From Xanthomonas euvesicatoria pv. euvesicatoria (GTDB lineage Bacteria; Pseudomonadota; Gammaproteobacteria; Xanthomonadales; Xanthomonadaceae), in NCBI RefSeq assembly GCF_020880415.1, contig NZ_JAJIUJ010000020.1:53352-77351 (forward strand): a stretch of 24,000 bases of DNA, given 5' to 3'. A program made the translations under genes and the position numbers. The notes below the pieces were generated by a model. The model saw only the letters and a program-made list of their open reading frames with translations. It was not told the origin of the DNA and ran no database searches. Shown one piece after another: positions 13,407 to 22,708 of this stretch. Within the stretch, counting starts at the first letter, position 1; the number at the start of each line of letters is the position of its first letter.

Positions 13407-16169
13407 TCAGAGAAACGAATAAACCAATGCAGACTCTTCAGCACGAATATCAACGCGTTCAGTCCGTTCCCGATTCACTACCCCACGCAGAAATTTGCGA
13501 CTGATCTCCGGCAACATCGAATTCGTCAAAATCGCATCGATCATCCGCCCACCCGATTCGCTCTCGGTACACCGGCTCACCACCAGCTCAACAACTGAAT
13601 CGTCGTACTCGAACGGAATCTTGTAGCGCTCCTCGATGCGCTTCTTGATGCGATTCAACTGCAACCGCACGATCTGGCCGAGCATGTCGTTGCTCAGCGG
13701 GTAATACGGAATCGCCACCAGCCGCCCGATCAATGCCGGCGGAAATACCTTCAACAACGGCTCGCGGATGGCCTTGGCCATGGCTTCCGGGTCGGGTATC
13801 AGTTCCGGGTCCTTGCACAGGCTGGCGATCAGGTCGGTGCCGGCGTTGCTGGTCAGGATGATCAAGGTGTTGCGGAAGTCGATGCGGCGGCCTTCGCCGT
13901 CTTCCATCCAGCCCTTGTCGAAGACCTGGAAGAACAGTTCGTGCACGTCCGAGTGGGCTTTTTCCACTTCGTCCAGCAACACGACCGAGTACGGCTTGCG
14001 TCGCACCGCTTCGGTGAGCACGCCGCCTTCGCCGTAGCCCACATAGCCCGGCGGTGCACCCTTGAGCGAGGAGACGGTATGCGCTTCCTGGTACTCGCTC
14101 ATGTTGATGGTGATCAGATTTTGTTCGCCGCCGTACAAGGTTTCGGCCAGCGCGAGTGCGGTTTCGGTCTTGCCCACGCCGGAGGTGCCGGCCAGCAGGA
14201 ACACGCCGATCGGTTTGTCCGGGTTGTCCAGACCGGCGCGGCTGGTCTGGATACGCTTGGCGATCATCTCCATGGCATGGTCTTGGCCGATCACGCGCTT
14301 GGCCAGCAGGTCGGGCAGGCGCAGCACGGTGTCGATCTCGTTGCGCGCCATGCGCCCGACTGGGATGCCGGTCCAGTCGGCGACCACGGCGGCAACCGCT
14401 TGGTAATCGACGGTGGGCAGGATCAGCGGCGATTCGCCTTGTAATGCTGCCAGTTCGGCCTGCACCAACTGCAGGCGCGCTAACAGCGTGTCGCGATCAA
14501 CTTGCACCGGTGCGTCGAGCACGGCAGTGTCGCCAGACGCCGACTGCGCCACAGCGGCATCTGCGTCGGTGTCGGCCTCTGCTTCCAACGCACTGCCGGT
14601 GCCTTCCACCGATGAATTACCGCTACGCAGTTGTGCGCGCAACGACAACAGCTCGTCCACCAATGCCTTCTCGCCAACCCAGCGCTGGTCCAGCTCGCGC
14701 AGGCGGCTATGCTCGCTTTGCAGCAGGTTGGCGCAAGCGGCAGCACGCTCCTCCACCACGATACCAATCGCACGCTCGCGTTCGATGATGGCGTGTTCGG
14801 TCTCCAGCGATTCGATGCGGCGGCGACTGTCGTCCACTTCCGCAGGCGTAGCGTGCAGGCTCACCGCCACGCGCGCGCAGGCGGTGTCGAGTAGGCTCAC
14901 CGATTTGTCCGGCAGCTGCCGCGCCGGGATGTAGCGGTGACTGAGCTTGACCGCCGCTTCCAGCGCTTCGTCCAGGATCTGCACACGGTGGTGCTGTTCC
15001 ATCATCGAAGCGACGCCGCGCATCATGCGCACTGCCTTGGCTTCGTCCGGCTCGTCCACCTGCACGGCCTGGAAGCGCCGCGTCAGCGCGGGGTCTTTTT
15101 CGATGTACTTCTTGTACTCGGCAAACGTGGTCGCCCCCACGGTGCGCAAGGTGCCACGCGCCAGTGCGGGCTTGAGCAGGTTGGCCGCATCGCCGGTACC
15201 GGCCGCGCCACCGGCGCCGACCAGGGTGTGGGTTTCGTCGACAAACAAAATGATCGGCTTGGGGCTGGCCTGCACTTCGTCGATGACTGCGCGCAGGCGT
15301 TGCTCGAATTCGCCCTTCATGCTGGCGCCGGCCTGCAGCAGGCCCACATCCAGCGTGCGCAGCTGCACGTCCTTCAACGCGGGTGGCACATCGCCGCGCG
15401 CGATGCGTTGCGCGAAGCCTTCCACCACCGCGGTCTTGCCGACACCGGTCTCGCCAACCAGGATCGGGTTGTTCTGGCGGCGGCGCATCAGGATATCGAC
15501 CACCTGGCGGATCTCGTCGTCGCGGCCGATGATCGGGTCCAGCTTGCCCTCGCGTGCTTGTGCGGTGAGGTCGGTGGTGAATTTCTTCAGTGCTTCCTGC
15601 TTTCCCAGTGCGGCCGGCGCGATGGCGCCGCTAGCCTCCCCAGGTGCAGCGGTCTGACCGAGTGAGAAACCATCGCTGGGCAGCAAACCATCTTCCGGGG
15701 AGCCGGCCACGATCCGCGCAAAGTCTTCGCTGAGTACCGCGGGCTTGAGCTTGTCGAACTCCTTGGAGATCGCCAGTAATGCATTACGCAAACCGCGCAC
15801 GCTCAGAATGCCAACCACCAGATAGCCGGTGCGCACCTGCGCTTCACCAAAACTCAGTGAGGCATACACCCAACCGCGCTCCACCGCTTCTTCGACATTG
15901 GCCGACAGGTCGGTGACGGCAGTGGAACCGCGCGGCAAGGCGTCCAGGGCCGACGTGACATCACGCGCCAGCGTGGAGGGGTTGAGTTGAAAGTGTTTGA
16001 TGACGCGATGCAGGTCCGAGTCCTGCAGCTGCAGCAACTGATGCAGCCAATGCACCAGCTCCACATACGGGTTGCCGCGCAGCTTGCAGAACACGGTGGC
16101 GCTCTCGATACCGCGGTAGGCCAGCGGATTGAGCTTGCCGAACAGGGCACTGCGGGAGATCTCGGCCAT
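13407..16169 (-). CDS. clpV: T6SS AAA+ ATPase ClpV (TssH)
   Basis: 920 aa, with a GAAGGA RBS. It has a ClpV-type N-domain (MAEISRSALFGKLNPLAYRGIESA), two Walker A motifs (GETGVGKTA, GTSGVGKTE) and two Walker B motifs (ILFVDETH, VVLLDEVEKA). It lies downstream of tssG. Confidence 0.95.
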   Translation of the reverse strand: MAEISRSALFGKLNPLAYRGIESATVFCKLRGNPYVELVHWLHQLLQLQDSDLHRVIKHFQLNPSTLARDVTSALDALPRGSTAVTDLSANVEEAVERGWVYASLSFGEAQVRTGYLVVGILSVRGLRNALLAISKEFDKLKPAVLSEDFARIVAGSPEDGLLPSDGFSLGQTAAPGEASGAIAPAALGKQEALKKFTTDLTAQAREGKLDPIIGRDDEIRQVVDILMRRRQNNPILVGETGVGKTAVVEGFAQRIARGDVPPALKDVQLRTLDVGLLQAGASMKGEFEQRLRAVIDEVQASPKPIILFVDETHTLVGAGGAAGTGDAANLLKPALARGTLRTVGATTFAEYKKYIEKDPALTRRFQAVQVDEPDEAKAVRMMRGVASMMEQHHRVQILDEALEAAVKLSHRYIPARQLPDKSVSLLDTACARVAVSLHATPAEVDDSRRRIESLETEHAIIERERAIGIVVEERAAACANLLQSEHSRLRELDQRWVGEKALVDELLSLRAQLRSGNSSVEGTGSALEAEADTDADAAVAQSASGDTAVLDAPVQVDRDTLLARLQLVQAELAALQGESPLILPTVDYQAVAAVVADWTGIPVGRMARNEIDTVLRLPDLLAKRVIGQDHAMEMIAKRIQTSRAGLDNPDKPIGVFLLAGTSGVGKTETALALAETLYGGEQNLITINMSEYQEAHTVSSLKGAPPGYVGYGEGGVLTEAVRRKPYSVVLLDEVEKAHSDVHELFFQVFDKGWMEDGEGRRIDFRNTLIILTSNAGTDLIASLCKDPELIPDPEAMAKAIREPLLKVFPPALIGRLVAIPYYPLSNDMLGQIVRLQLNRIKKRIEERYKIPFEYDDSVVELVVSRCTESESGGRMIDAILTNSMLPEISRKFLRGVVNRERTERVDIRAEESALVYSFL

Positions 16170-16225
16170 GGTGCGTCCTTCGAAGTCGGTACGTTGCGTG
16201 TGAGCGAAAGGGAGAGCGGTGTGCG

Positions 16226-17266
16226 TCAGCCCGATGGGCGCAGCAGCACCTCGTCGGCGTCGGCAATGCTCCAGGCGCGGCGGCCGAGCCAGGTGTCCAG
16301 GCCCAGCCGGCTATTGCGCGCAAGGTGCGGCGTGGGGACCTCATCAGCCTTGAGCAACAGCTGCAGTTCCCAGCCAAATTCGTCGCCCAGATAGCTGCGC
16401 ACCGCAGCGGTGAGTTGCCTGAGCGCCTGGCCGCCCGGAAGAAAGCGTTGAAATGCCAGGCGCGGCAGCGGCCCCAGGCAGATGCGCACGCGTTGCTGGG
16501 CGCCACGCACGTGTGCGCCCACCACGCTGTCCACGCCCAGCCGCGCGTTGCGCGGACCCAGACCAAGTTGCAGGTGCGCATCGGCCGGCAGGCGCATCCA
16601 TTCGGCGATGAATTCCTGTACCTGCACCGGCCATTCGAACAACTGCTGCAGCAGGGCACGCAAGCCTTCCGGCGTGCGCGTGGCGGTACCAAGACGGCCG
16701 GCGTAGTAACGACGTGCATCGTCCGGCAACGCGTCGCGGTCGCGCAGATGCGGGCTGGCGATGCCGACCAGTGCATCCAGCCAGGCACGGAACTGGTCGC
16801 TCGCCGGGCGCTCGGCCTGCACGCTGGGCTGTGCCTGCGCCCAGGCGCGGTAGAACAGGCTGAGCATGCGGTGGTGGAACACATCGGCAAATGCGGCAAA
16901 GGTGCCGTCCTTGGCTTGCTGCGCACGCTCGATGGCGTATTCGGTCAGGTGCAACGGCAACGGCGCATTCGGGCCGAACAGGCCTAAAAACAGACCGTAC
17001 AGCGCGGCAGGCTGATCGTGCGTTGCCGGTGTGTAGCGGTCCAGCGCATGGGGTGCGAATGCCAGTGATGGCGCATGCCGCAGCCGCAGCACATCGTCGC
17101 TGGCGCGCGTCGATTCACCCAGGCGTGGCTGCAGCGGATGGCAGCGCTCGATCGCGCGCAAGGCCGCGAACGGGCTGAAATCCTGTGGCCGGGTCTGCAG
17201 CGCCTGGGCCAGCGCCGCAGCCGCGGCGCTCACAGGCGTGGGCGCGTGCCGGGCTGGGCTAGCCAT
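16226..17266 (-). CDS. tssG: T6SS baseplate subunit TssG
   Basis: The start is taken at ATG 17266 (MASPARHAPTP...), which overlaps the tssF end by 37 nt. The longer 577-aa ORF-track version runs antisense-like through tssF. The TssG-like N-terminus reads FSPFAALRAIERCHPLQPRLGES...LRLRHAPSLAFAP. It is 346 aa and in conserved position. Confidence 0.85.
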   Translation of the reverse strand: MASPARHAPTPVSAAAAALAQALQTRPQDFSPFAALRAIERCHPLQPRLGESTRASDDVLRLRHAPSLAFAPHALDRYTPATHDQPAALYGLFLGLFGPNAPLPLHLTEYAIERAQQAKDGTFAAFADVFHHRMLSLFYRAWAQAQPSVQAERPASDQFRAWLDALVGIASPHLRDRDALPDDARRYYAGRLGTATRTPEGLRALLQQLFEWPVQVQEFIAEWMRLPADAHLQLGLGPRNARLGVDSVVGAHVRGAQQRVRICLGPLPRLAFQRFLPGGQALRQLTAAVRSYLGDEFGWELQLLLKADEVPTPHLARNSRLGLDTWLGRRAWSIADADEVLLRPSG

Positions 17267-19113
17267 CGGGCCACCTCGTTGCGTTCGGTGGTGCGCAGCA
17301 CGGTTTCGGTGAAGGAATTCACCGAGACATAGCGCGCGAAGAAGTGCCGCAGCACCGAAGCCAGCAGGAAGGCGCCGGTGCCTTCGAACGCGGCGTCCTC
17401 GCAGGTCAGCGTGATCTCCAGGCCGCGGCCGAAGGTGATCGGGCCAGGCACCGGGATACGCCGCACGATCGGTGTGCCGCTCACCTGCTTGACGCCTTCG
17501 ATCTGCCGCTGCGCGGATGCGTCGAACGGGTCGCAGTACAAGGTGAGGATCTCGCGTAGCGCAGCGGCGCCGTCGGGGCCGTCTTCGAAGAGCGAGAGAT
17601 AATTGAGCTGCAATTGGCTGAGCAGGCGCCACGCAGTCTGCCCATCCGACAACGCCGGGCGCGGCTTGGTCGGCCCGGCCACGCAGCGCACGCTCTGCAC
17701 CGGCACGCCGCTGTCCATGGTGAAATCGGTGGTGCCCTTGCCTACCGGCATATGCAGCGGCAGATCGCGGTTGCTGCACCACAGTTGCAGCCCAAGCTGG
17801 CGCAGGCGCGTTCTGTGCGGCTGATCGTCGGCATCGACCAGGCTGACGAACACTTCGCTGCCCACATAACTCGACCGCGCGCCATCGCGGCGCTGGCGGG
17901 CCGATAGCATGCGCGGCTCGCGGCGCATGCTGTAGAACGCGCCATGCCGGGCATGCCAAGTGCGTGCGTCGCCACCATAGAACGGCGCGAAGCGTTGCTC
18001 CGGCTCCTGACGATCGCCGAAGCCTTCCACTTCGCCCAAATGATGGATCTCGAAATCCATCGGCCGGGTGCGGTCGGCCAGCACGTGGTATTCGTGCAGG
18101 CCGGCGTGCAGATGGATGCGATCGGCACGCCGCGGGAACAGATTGATTGCCGGGGTGCAGAACAATTTGAAATGCTCGGCGCCCACTGCCGCAGCCAGGC
18201 TGGGCAGGCTGCGTTGCAGCAACACCACCACCTCGAAGCTGCTGCCGTGCAACCGCCGCAATGACGCGCGCAGCCCGGTGAGTTCTGCGAACAGAAAGCG
18301 CTCCGGACAGGCGAAGTATTCCTGCAGCAGGCGGTAACCACTGAACGAACGGCCGTCGTACGGAATCAATGCATCGTCGCCGGCAAAGCCGCGCATCTGC
18401 ACGGTATCGGCGCCCAGCGTCATCTCCAGCATGCCACCGCTGGCATTACTGCCACGCACCACCACGGCGGTGGTATCGGCATGCAGCTGTTCGTACAACC
18501 GCTTGGGCAAGCCGTCGGCGCCGGCCAGGAATAGCGGCAGCCGATCCAGCGCCAGCGCTTGCGTCTGCGCACCACCCACCAGCTCAAAGCGCAGACGCAC
18601 GCCGGCACGCACCACGCGCCCGGCCGGCAAGGCGATGCCGGCAGCCGCCAACGCGGCCGGCGATTCAAGATACTTGACCTCGGCCAGCTGCAACGGCCAC
18701 AAGCTCACTGCATGCGCGGTGCGAAATTCGCAGGCGGTGCGCTCGCCCGGGCCGACCAGGCTGCGCAGCGCACTTTGCCGCGGCACCACCACGCCTGCTG
18801 CCAGCCCGCTGTCTTTCAGATCCGGCTGCAACTGCACCACCGCCATCGACGGCAGCGGCGCCAGATAATGCGGGTAGACCATCTCCAGCAGGTGCTGGGT
18901 GAACACGGGGTACTGCGCGTCCAGCTTGAGTTGCACGCGCGCGGCCAGGAACGCGAAGCCTTCCAGCAACCGCTCGACATACGGGTCGGCACATTCGAAC
19001 GCGTCCAGACCGAGCCGTCCGGCGATCTTGGGATACTCGCGCGCGAACTCCGCGCCCATGTCGCGCACGTGCTGCAATTCGCGGGTGTAGTACGGCAGCA
19101 GGCGCGGGTCCAT
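17230..19113 (-). CDS. tssF: T6SS baseplate subunit TssF
   Basis: The start is taken at ATG 19113, giving the canonical MDPRLLPYYTRELQHVRDMGAEFAREYPKIAGRL. The ORF-track start at 19140 would overlap tssE. It is about 627 aa. Confidence 0.9.
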   Translation of the reverse strand: MDPRLLPYYTRELQHVRDMGAEFAREYPKIAGRLGLDAFECADPYVERLLEGFAFLAARVQLKLDAQYPVFTQHLLEMVYPHYLAPLPSMAVVQLQPDLKDSGLAAGVVVPRQSALRSLVGPGERTACEFRTAHAVSLWPLQLAEVKYLESPAALAAAGIALPAGRVVRAGVRLRFELVGGAQTQALALDRLPLFLAGADGLPKRLYEQLHADTTAVVVRGSNASGGMLEMTLGADTVQMRGFAGDDALIPYDGRSFSGYRLLQEYFACPERFLFAELTGLRASLRRLHGSSFEVVVLLQRSLPSLAAAVGAEHFKLFCTPAINLFPRRADRIHLHAGLHEYHVLADRTRPMDFEIHHLGEVEGFGDRQEPEQRFAPFYGGDARTWHARHGAFYSMRREPRMLSARQRRDGARSSYVGSEVFVSLVDADDQPHRTRLRQLGLQLWCSNRDLPLHMPVGKGTTDFTMDSGVPVQSVRCVAGPTKPRPALSDGQTAWRLLSQLQLNYLSLFEDGPDGAAALREILTLYCDPFDASAQRQIEGVKQVSGTPIVRRIPVPGPITFGRGLEITLTCEDAAFEGTGAFLLASVLRHFFARYVSVNSFTETVLRTTERNEVARWLAQPGTRPRL

Positions 19114-19117
19114 GGCG

Positions 19118-19621
19118 TCAACCGTGCCCTTCGACGACATCGAGCCGCCCGGTTTCCAGGTCCAGCGCGGTCTTCAGATACAGATTCAACGGCAGCGGTT
19201 GCGCCCACATCTCCGATTCGATGGTGAACAGCAGCGAGCGCCGGTCCATGCGTGCGGCATCGGCATGCACACTGACGCGCAGCGTCTCGGGTATCAGCCG
19301 CGGTTCGAAGGCCAGAATCGCCTCGCGGATGCGCTGTTGCAGCGCTGCCGCATCGATGCCGGCCACTGCAACACCGGCCAGGTCCGGGATGCCGTAATTC
19401 AGCACCGAGCTGCGCACCTGCGGGTGCGCCTCCAGCGGGCGGCTGGTTTCCAGATTTACGGCATTGAGCAACCACGACAGATCGCGGATCACGCATTCGC
19501 GCAGGCGCGTGGCCGAGATCACGCGTTGCTCGCGGCTCTCTTCGCGCTGGCTGGGCGCGGCATCGGTGAGCCGGTCCAGTAGCGAAGGCTGCAAGCGTTC
19601 GGTAGTGGTGAGTTCGGCCAT
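19118..19621 (-). CDS. tssE: T6SS baseplate subunit TssE (gp25-like)
   Basis: 167 aa. The N-terminus LQPSLLDRLTD and the motif IRDLSWLLN...VLNYGIPDLAG are typical of the GPW/gp25 family. It lies between tagJ and tssF. Confidence 0.9.
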   Translation of the reverse strand: MAELTTTERLQPSLLDRLTDAAPSQREESREQRVISATRLRECVIRDLSWLLNAVNLETSRPLEAHPQVRSSVLNYGIPDLAGVAVAGIDAAALQQRIREAILAFEPRLIPETLRVSVHADAARMDRRSLLFTIESEMWAQPLPLNLYLKTALDLETGRLDVVEGHG

Positions 19622-19626
19622 TGAAA

Positions 19627-20421
19627 TCAGTCCGCGTCGAACTGCACGTCACGCACATCGAGCAGCGCAATCTCGTGCGACTCTGTGCTCCACATGCGCT
19701 GGCCCAGGCCGATTTCGCCCTGCGTGCCGTGGGTCCATTCGGTGCGGCGCGCCAATTGCAGCTCGCCGGCATCCAGGTGCTCGCTGCCGGGGTAACGCAC
19801 CGGCAGGTAGCCGAAGGCCTGGCCGCCGTTGCGCCATAGCACGCTCACCGGCGCCCACACGGTGTCGCGCAGATCCAGCGGCGCTTGCATGCGTAACTGC
19901 TGGATGTGGCTGAGCGGTGCCCAGGCGTAGCCGCTGTCGAGCATGAGCTCGATGCAGGGTCCGAAACGGGTATCGGCATCTGCGAGCCACTGGAAGCGTT
20001 CGCCATCGAGCACGCCGGCACTAGCCGGTGCCAACTCGAACGCTTGCGTCCGCAACGCAGCTGCTTGTTCGCCACGCCCTTGCGCCGACAGTTGCAGCGC
20101 GTGTAGATGCATCGCCAACCATTCGGCCGACTCACCGATCACATGCGGCAATCGCGCGCCGGCAAACACCTCGGCGCGCGTCTGTTCGCCCTGCAGCACT
20201 GCAAGGTACGTCTGCACCAAGGGCAGCGTGGCGGCATCCAGTTCAGCGCAGGCGCGCAGCTGATCTGCGGCGCGCGACCACTGCCCGAGGACGGCCAGCA
20301 ACTGAAACAGGAACACGCGCTGCGCTGCATCGGCCGGTTGCCGGCGCACCTGCTGGATCAGTTGCTGCAACGCCTGCGCCGGCTCGCCTTGGGCCAGCAG
20401 GGTCTGTGCGGTGGCATCCAT
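19627..20421 (-). CDS. tagJ: T6SS accessory protein TagJ (ImpE family)
   Basis: The start is taken at ATG 20421 (MDATAQTLLAQGEP...). ImpE-like sequence runs throughout: RQPADAAQRVFLFQLLAVLGQW, AEVFAGARLP, FQWLADADTRFGPCIEL, LRDTVWAPV, LPVRYPGSE. Confidence 0.85.
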   Translation of the reverse strand: MDATAQTLLAQGEPAQALQQLIQQVRRQPADAAQRVFLFQLLAVLGQWSRAADQLRACAELDAATLPLVQTYLAVLQGEQTRAEVFAGARLPHVIGESAEWLAMHLHALQLSAQGRGEQAAALRTQAFELAPASAGVLDGERFQWLADADTRFGPCIELMLDSGYAWAPLSHIQQLRMQAPLDLRDTVWAPVSVLWRNGGQAFGYLPVRYPGSEHLDAGELQLARRTEWTHGTQGEIGLGQRMWSTESHEIALLDVRDVQFDAD

Positions 20422-20446
20422 CGCGTGGTTCCTTATCGAAGAAGGT

Positions 20447-20470
20447 GGCGGTGCCGTGCGCGGCACCGCC
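20447..20470 (-). other. Hairpin in the hcp-tagJ spacer
   Basis: GGCGGTGCC (20447-20455) pairs with GGCACCGCC (20462-20470) in a 9-bp perfect stem with a 6-nt loop. On the minus strand it is followed by ACCTTCTTCGATAAGGAA and then the tagJ ATG. Confidence 0.4.
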
Positions 20471-20624
20471 CGTCATTGCATTGCCGCCATCGGAGGCAGC
20501 CAACGTCAAAGCGTCAACTTCCAATGGGCGGCGCAGAGCGAGCGATGTACACGCATGTTGCGTGCCGCACCGCGTCGCCAAACGCTCCTGCGTGGCGAAA
20601 GCGTTGTGGTTGCCCGCGTTCGTG

Positions 20625-21128
20625 TTAGGCCTTGGCCACACCCTGGATGTCGTAGGTGAATTCCTTCGCGCCACCCTGGGCGGCACCCTTGTCGTCCTGC
20701 GGCTGGAAGCCGTACTTGAACTTGCCGAAGTGCAGCGTCACGTTTTCGGTCAGGCGGTCTTCGCCGCCGGAACCGCCGGTCGACAACGAGGTAATCAGCA
20801 CGCCTTCGCTCAATTCCAGGGTGAGAAAGTCGCTCTGCTCGCCAGTGGCGTTGGTGACGTACAGCCAGGCGTTTTCCACACGTGCCCCGGTGCATACCGC
20901 ATCGAGCAATGCGTTGGAGCAACCATCCACGTACTTTGTGATGGAGATGTCCTGGATATGCGCCTTGCCACCGCTGGCCGAGCCGCCACCGGTGTGCAGG
21001 TCGCCGGAATTGCTCGCGCCCCACGACCAGGCCAGGATCGGAATTTCGCCCTTGTGCTTCTTGTGGTTGGACGCGCCTTCGATCTTGACCTTGCCGCTGC
21101 CGAACTTGATGTGCATGTCGAACGCCAT
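20625..21128 (-). CDS. hcp: T6SS inner tube protein Hcp (TssD)
   Basis: 167 aa. The sequence MAFDMHIKFGSGKVKIEGASNHKKHKGEIPILAWSWG...ISITKYVDGCSNALL is the typical Hcp1 family pattern. Confidence 0.95.
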   Translation of the reverse strand: MAFDMHIKFGSGKVKIEGASNHKKHKGEIPILAWSWGASNSGDLHTGGGSASGGKAHIQDISITKYVDGCSNALLDAVCTGARVENAWLYVTNATGEQSDFLTLELSEGVLITSLSTGGSGGEDRLTENVTLHFGKFKYGFQPQDDKGAAQGGAKEFTYDIQGVAKA

Positions 21129-21173
21129 GGAACTGCTCCTTCAATGAGAGTGACAACACGAGGTGGCGCGACG

Positions 21174-21205
21174 CGCATTCGCGTCGTGCCCGTGACGCGA
21201 ATGCG
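21174..21205 (-). other. Strong hairpin in the tssC-hcp spacer
   Basis: CGCATTCGCGTC (21174-21185) pairs with GACGCGAATGCG (21194-21205) in a 12-bp perfect stem with an 8-nt loop. It lies in the 82-nt gap between the tssC stop and the hcp start. Confidence 0.45.
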
Positions 21206-21210
21206 TCGGA

Positions 21211-22704
21211 TCAGGCCTTGGCGGCCGAGGGAAGGCGCGAGACCAACCGCAACGACACGGTCAGGCCCTCCAGCTGGTAATGCGGCTTGAGGAAGAACTT
21301 GGAGCTGTAATAGCCCGGCGCGCCTTCCACTTCTTCCACCACCACCTCGGCGGCAGCCAGCGGCTTGCGCGCCTTGGTTTCTTCGCTTGAGTTGGACGGG
21401 TCGCCGTCGATGTACTGGGTGACCCAACGCGTCAGCCAGCTCTGCATCTGTTCGCGATCGGAGAACGAACCGATCTTGTCGCGCACGATGCACTTGAGGT
21501 AATGCGCAAAGCGGCAGCACGCGAACATGTACGGCAAGCGCGCGCCCAACGCTGCGTTGGCGGTGGCATCCGGGTCGTCGTATTCGTCGGGCTTGTTGAG
21601 CGACTGCGCGCTGATGAAGGCGGCCATGTCCGAGTTCTTGCGATGCACCAGCGGCATCAGGCCCATCTTGTCCAATTCGGCAGAGCGGCGGTCGGTGATC
21701 GCCACTTCGGTCGGGCACTTCATGTCCACGCCACCGTCGTCGGTGGGAAAGGTGTGGGTGGGCAAGCCTTCCACTGCGCCGCCGGATTCGATACCGCGAA
21801 TGCGCGAGCACCAGCCGTACTGCTTGAACGAGCGATTGATGTTCACTGCCATCGCATAGGCAGCGTTCTGCCAGGTGTACTTGGACGAGTCAGCGCCGGC
21901 AGTGTCTTCTTCGAAATCGAATTCATCCACCGGGCTGGTGGCCGCGCCGTAAGGCAGACGCGACAGCGTGCGCGGCATGGCCAGGCCGATGTACTTGGAA
22001 TCTTCCGATTCGCGCAGCGAGCGCCATGCGGCGTAATCGGGCGTGGAGAAAATCTTCGCCAGGTCGCGCGGGTTGGAGAGCTCGCTCCAGTTGTCCATGC
22101 CCATCAACTTGGGCGCGGCCGCGGCAATGAACGGTGCATGCGCGGCAGCAGCCACCTGCGCCATGCCGTTGAGCAGTTCCACATCCGGCGGGCTTTGGTC
22201 GAAATAGTAATCGCCGACCAGGCAGCCATACGGTTCGCCACCGAGCTGGCCGTATTCCTGCTCGTAGACCTTCTTGAAGATGGGGCTCTGGTCCCAGGCG
22301 GTGCCCTTGTAGCGCTTGAGCACCTTGCCCAGTTCCTTCTTGCTGATGTTCAGCACGCGGATCTTGAGCTGCTGGTCGGTCTCGGTGTTGTTGACCAGAT
22401 AATGCAGGCCGCGCCAGGCGCCTTCGAGCTGCTGCAGATCGGCGTGATGCAGGATGTGGTTGAGCTGCTCGGTGAGGGCGCGATCGATCTCGGCGATATA
22501 GGCCTTGATGGTCTGCGACACGTCTTCGCTGACCACATCGCTGCGGTTGAGCACCTGCTCGGCCAGCGTGCGCACGGCCGATTCCACTTCTTCCTTGGCG
22601 CGCTCGCTCTTGGGGCGGAACTCGCGATTGAGCAGCGCGGCAAAGTCGCCCTGTTCGGTTGTTTCGGTGCTACTGGTGGCCAGTGCGGCTTCGGTCGCGG
22701 ACAT
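21211..22704 (-). CDS. tssC: T6SS contractile sheath large subunit TssC
   Basis: The start is taken at ATG 22704 (MSATEAALATSS...), 4 nt after the tssB stop. It is 497 aa. TssC-like sequence includes FAALLNREFRPKSERAKEEVESAVRTLAEQ, GAWRGLHYLV, RIRGIESGG and PHYQLEGLTVSLRLV. Confidence 0.95.
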   Translation of the reverse strand: MSATEAALATSSTETTEQGDFAALLNREFRPKSERAKEEVESAVRTLAEQVLNRSDVVSEDVSQTIKAYIAEIDRALTEQLNHILHHADLQQLEGAWRGLHYLVNNTETDQQLKIRVLNISKKELGKVLKRYKGTAWDQSPIFKKVYEQEYGQLGGEPYGCLVGDYYFDQSPPDVELLNGMAQVAAAAHAPFIAAAAPKLMGMDNWSELSNPRDLAKIFSTPDYAAWRSLRESEDSKYIGLAMPRTLSRLPYGAATSPVDEFDFEEDTAGADSSKYTWQNAAYAMAVNINRSFKQYGWCSRIRGIESGGAVEGLPTHTFPTDDGGVDMKCPTEVAITDRRSAELDKMGLMPLVHRKNSDMAAFISAQSLNKPDEYDDPDATANAALGARLPYMFACCRFAHYLKCIVRDKIGSFSDREQMQSWLTRWVTQYIDGDPSNSSEETKARKPLAAAEVVVEEVEGAPGYYSSKFFLKPHYQLEGLTVSLRLVSRLPSAAKA

Positions 22705-22708
22705 GGCG

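Noticed and set aside
17267-17959. The upstream extension of the tssG ORF (577-aa track version). Similar 5' extensions are reported for tssB (to 23362), tssC (to 22791), tagJ (to 20466), tssF (to 19140) and the 8273 gene (to 9067).
   Set aside because: The extensions are Arg/Pro-rich, overlap the preceding gene, and precede internal ATGs that reproduce the canonical family N-termini with RBS-compatible spacing.
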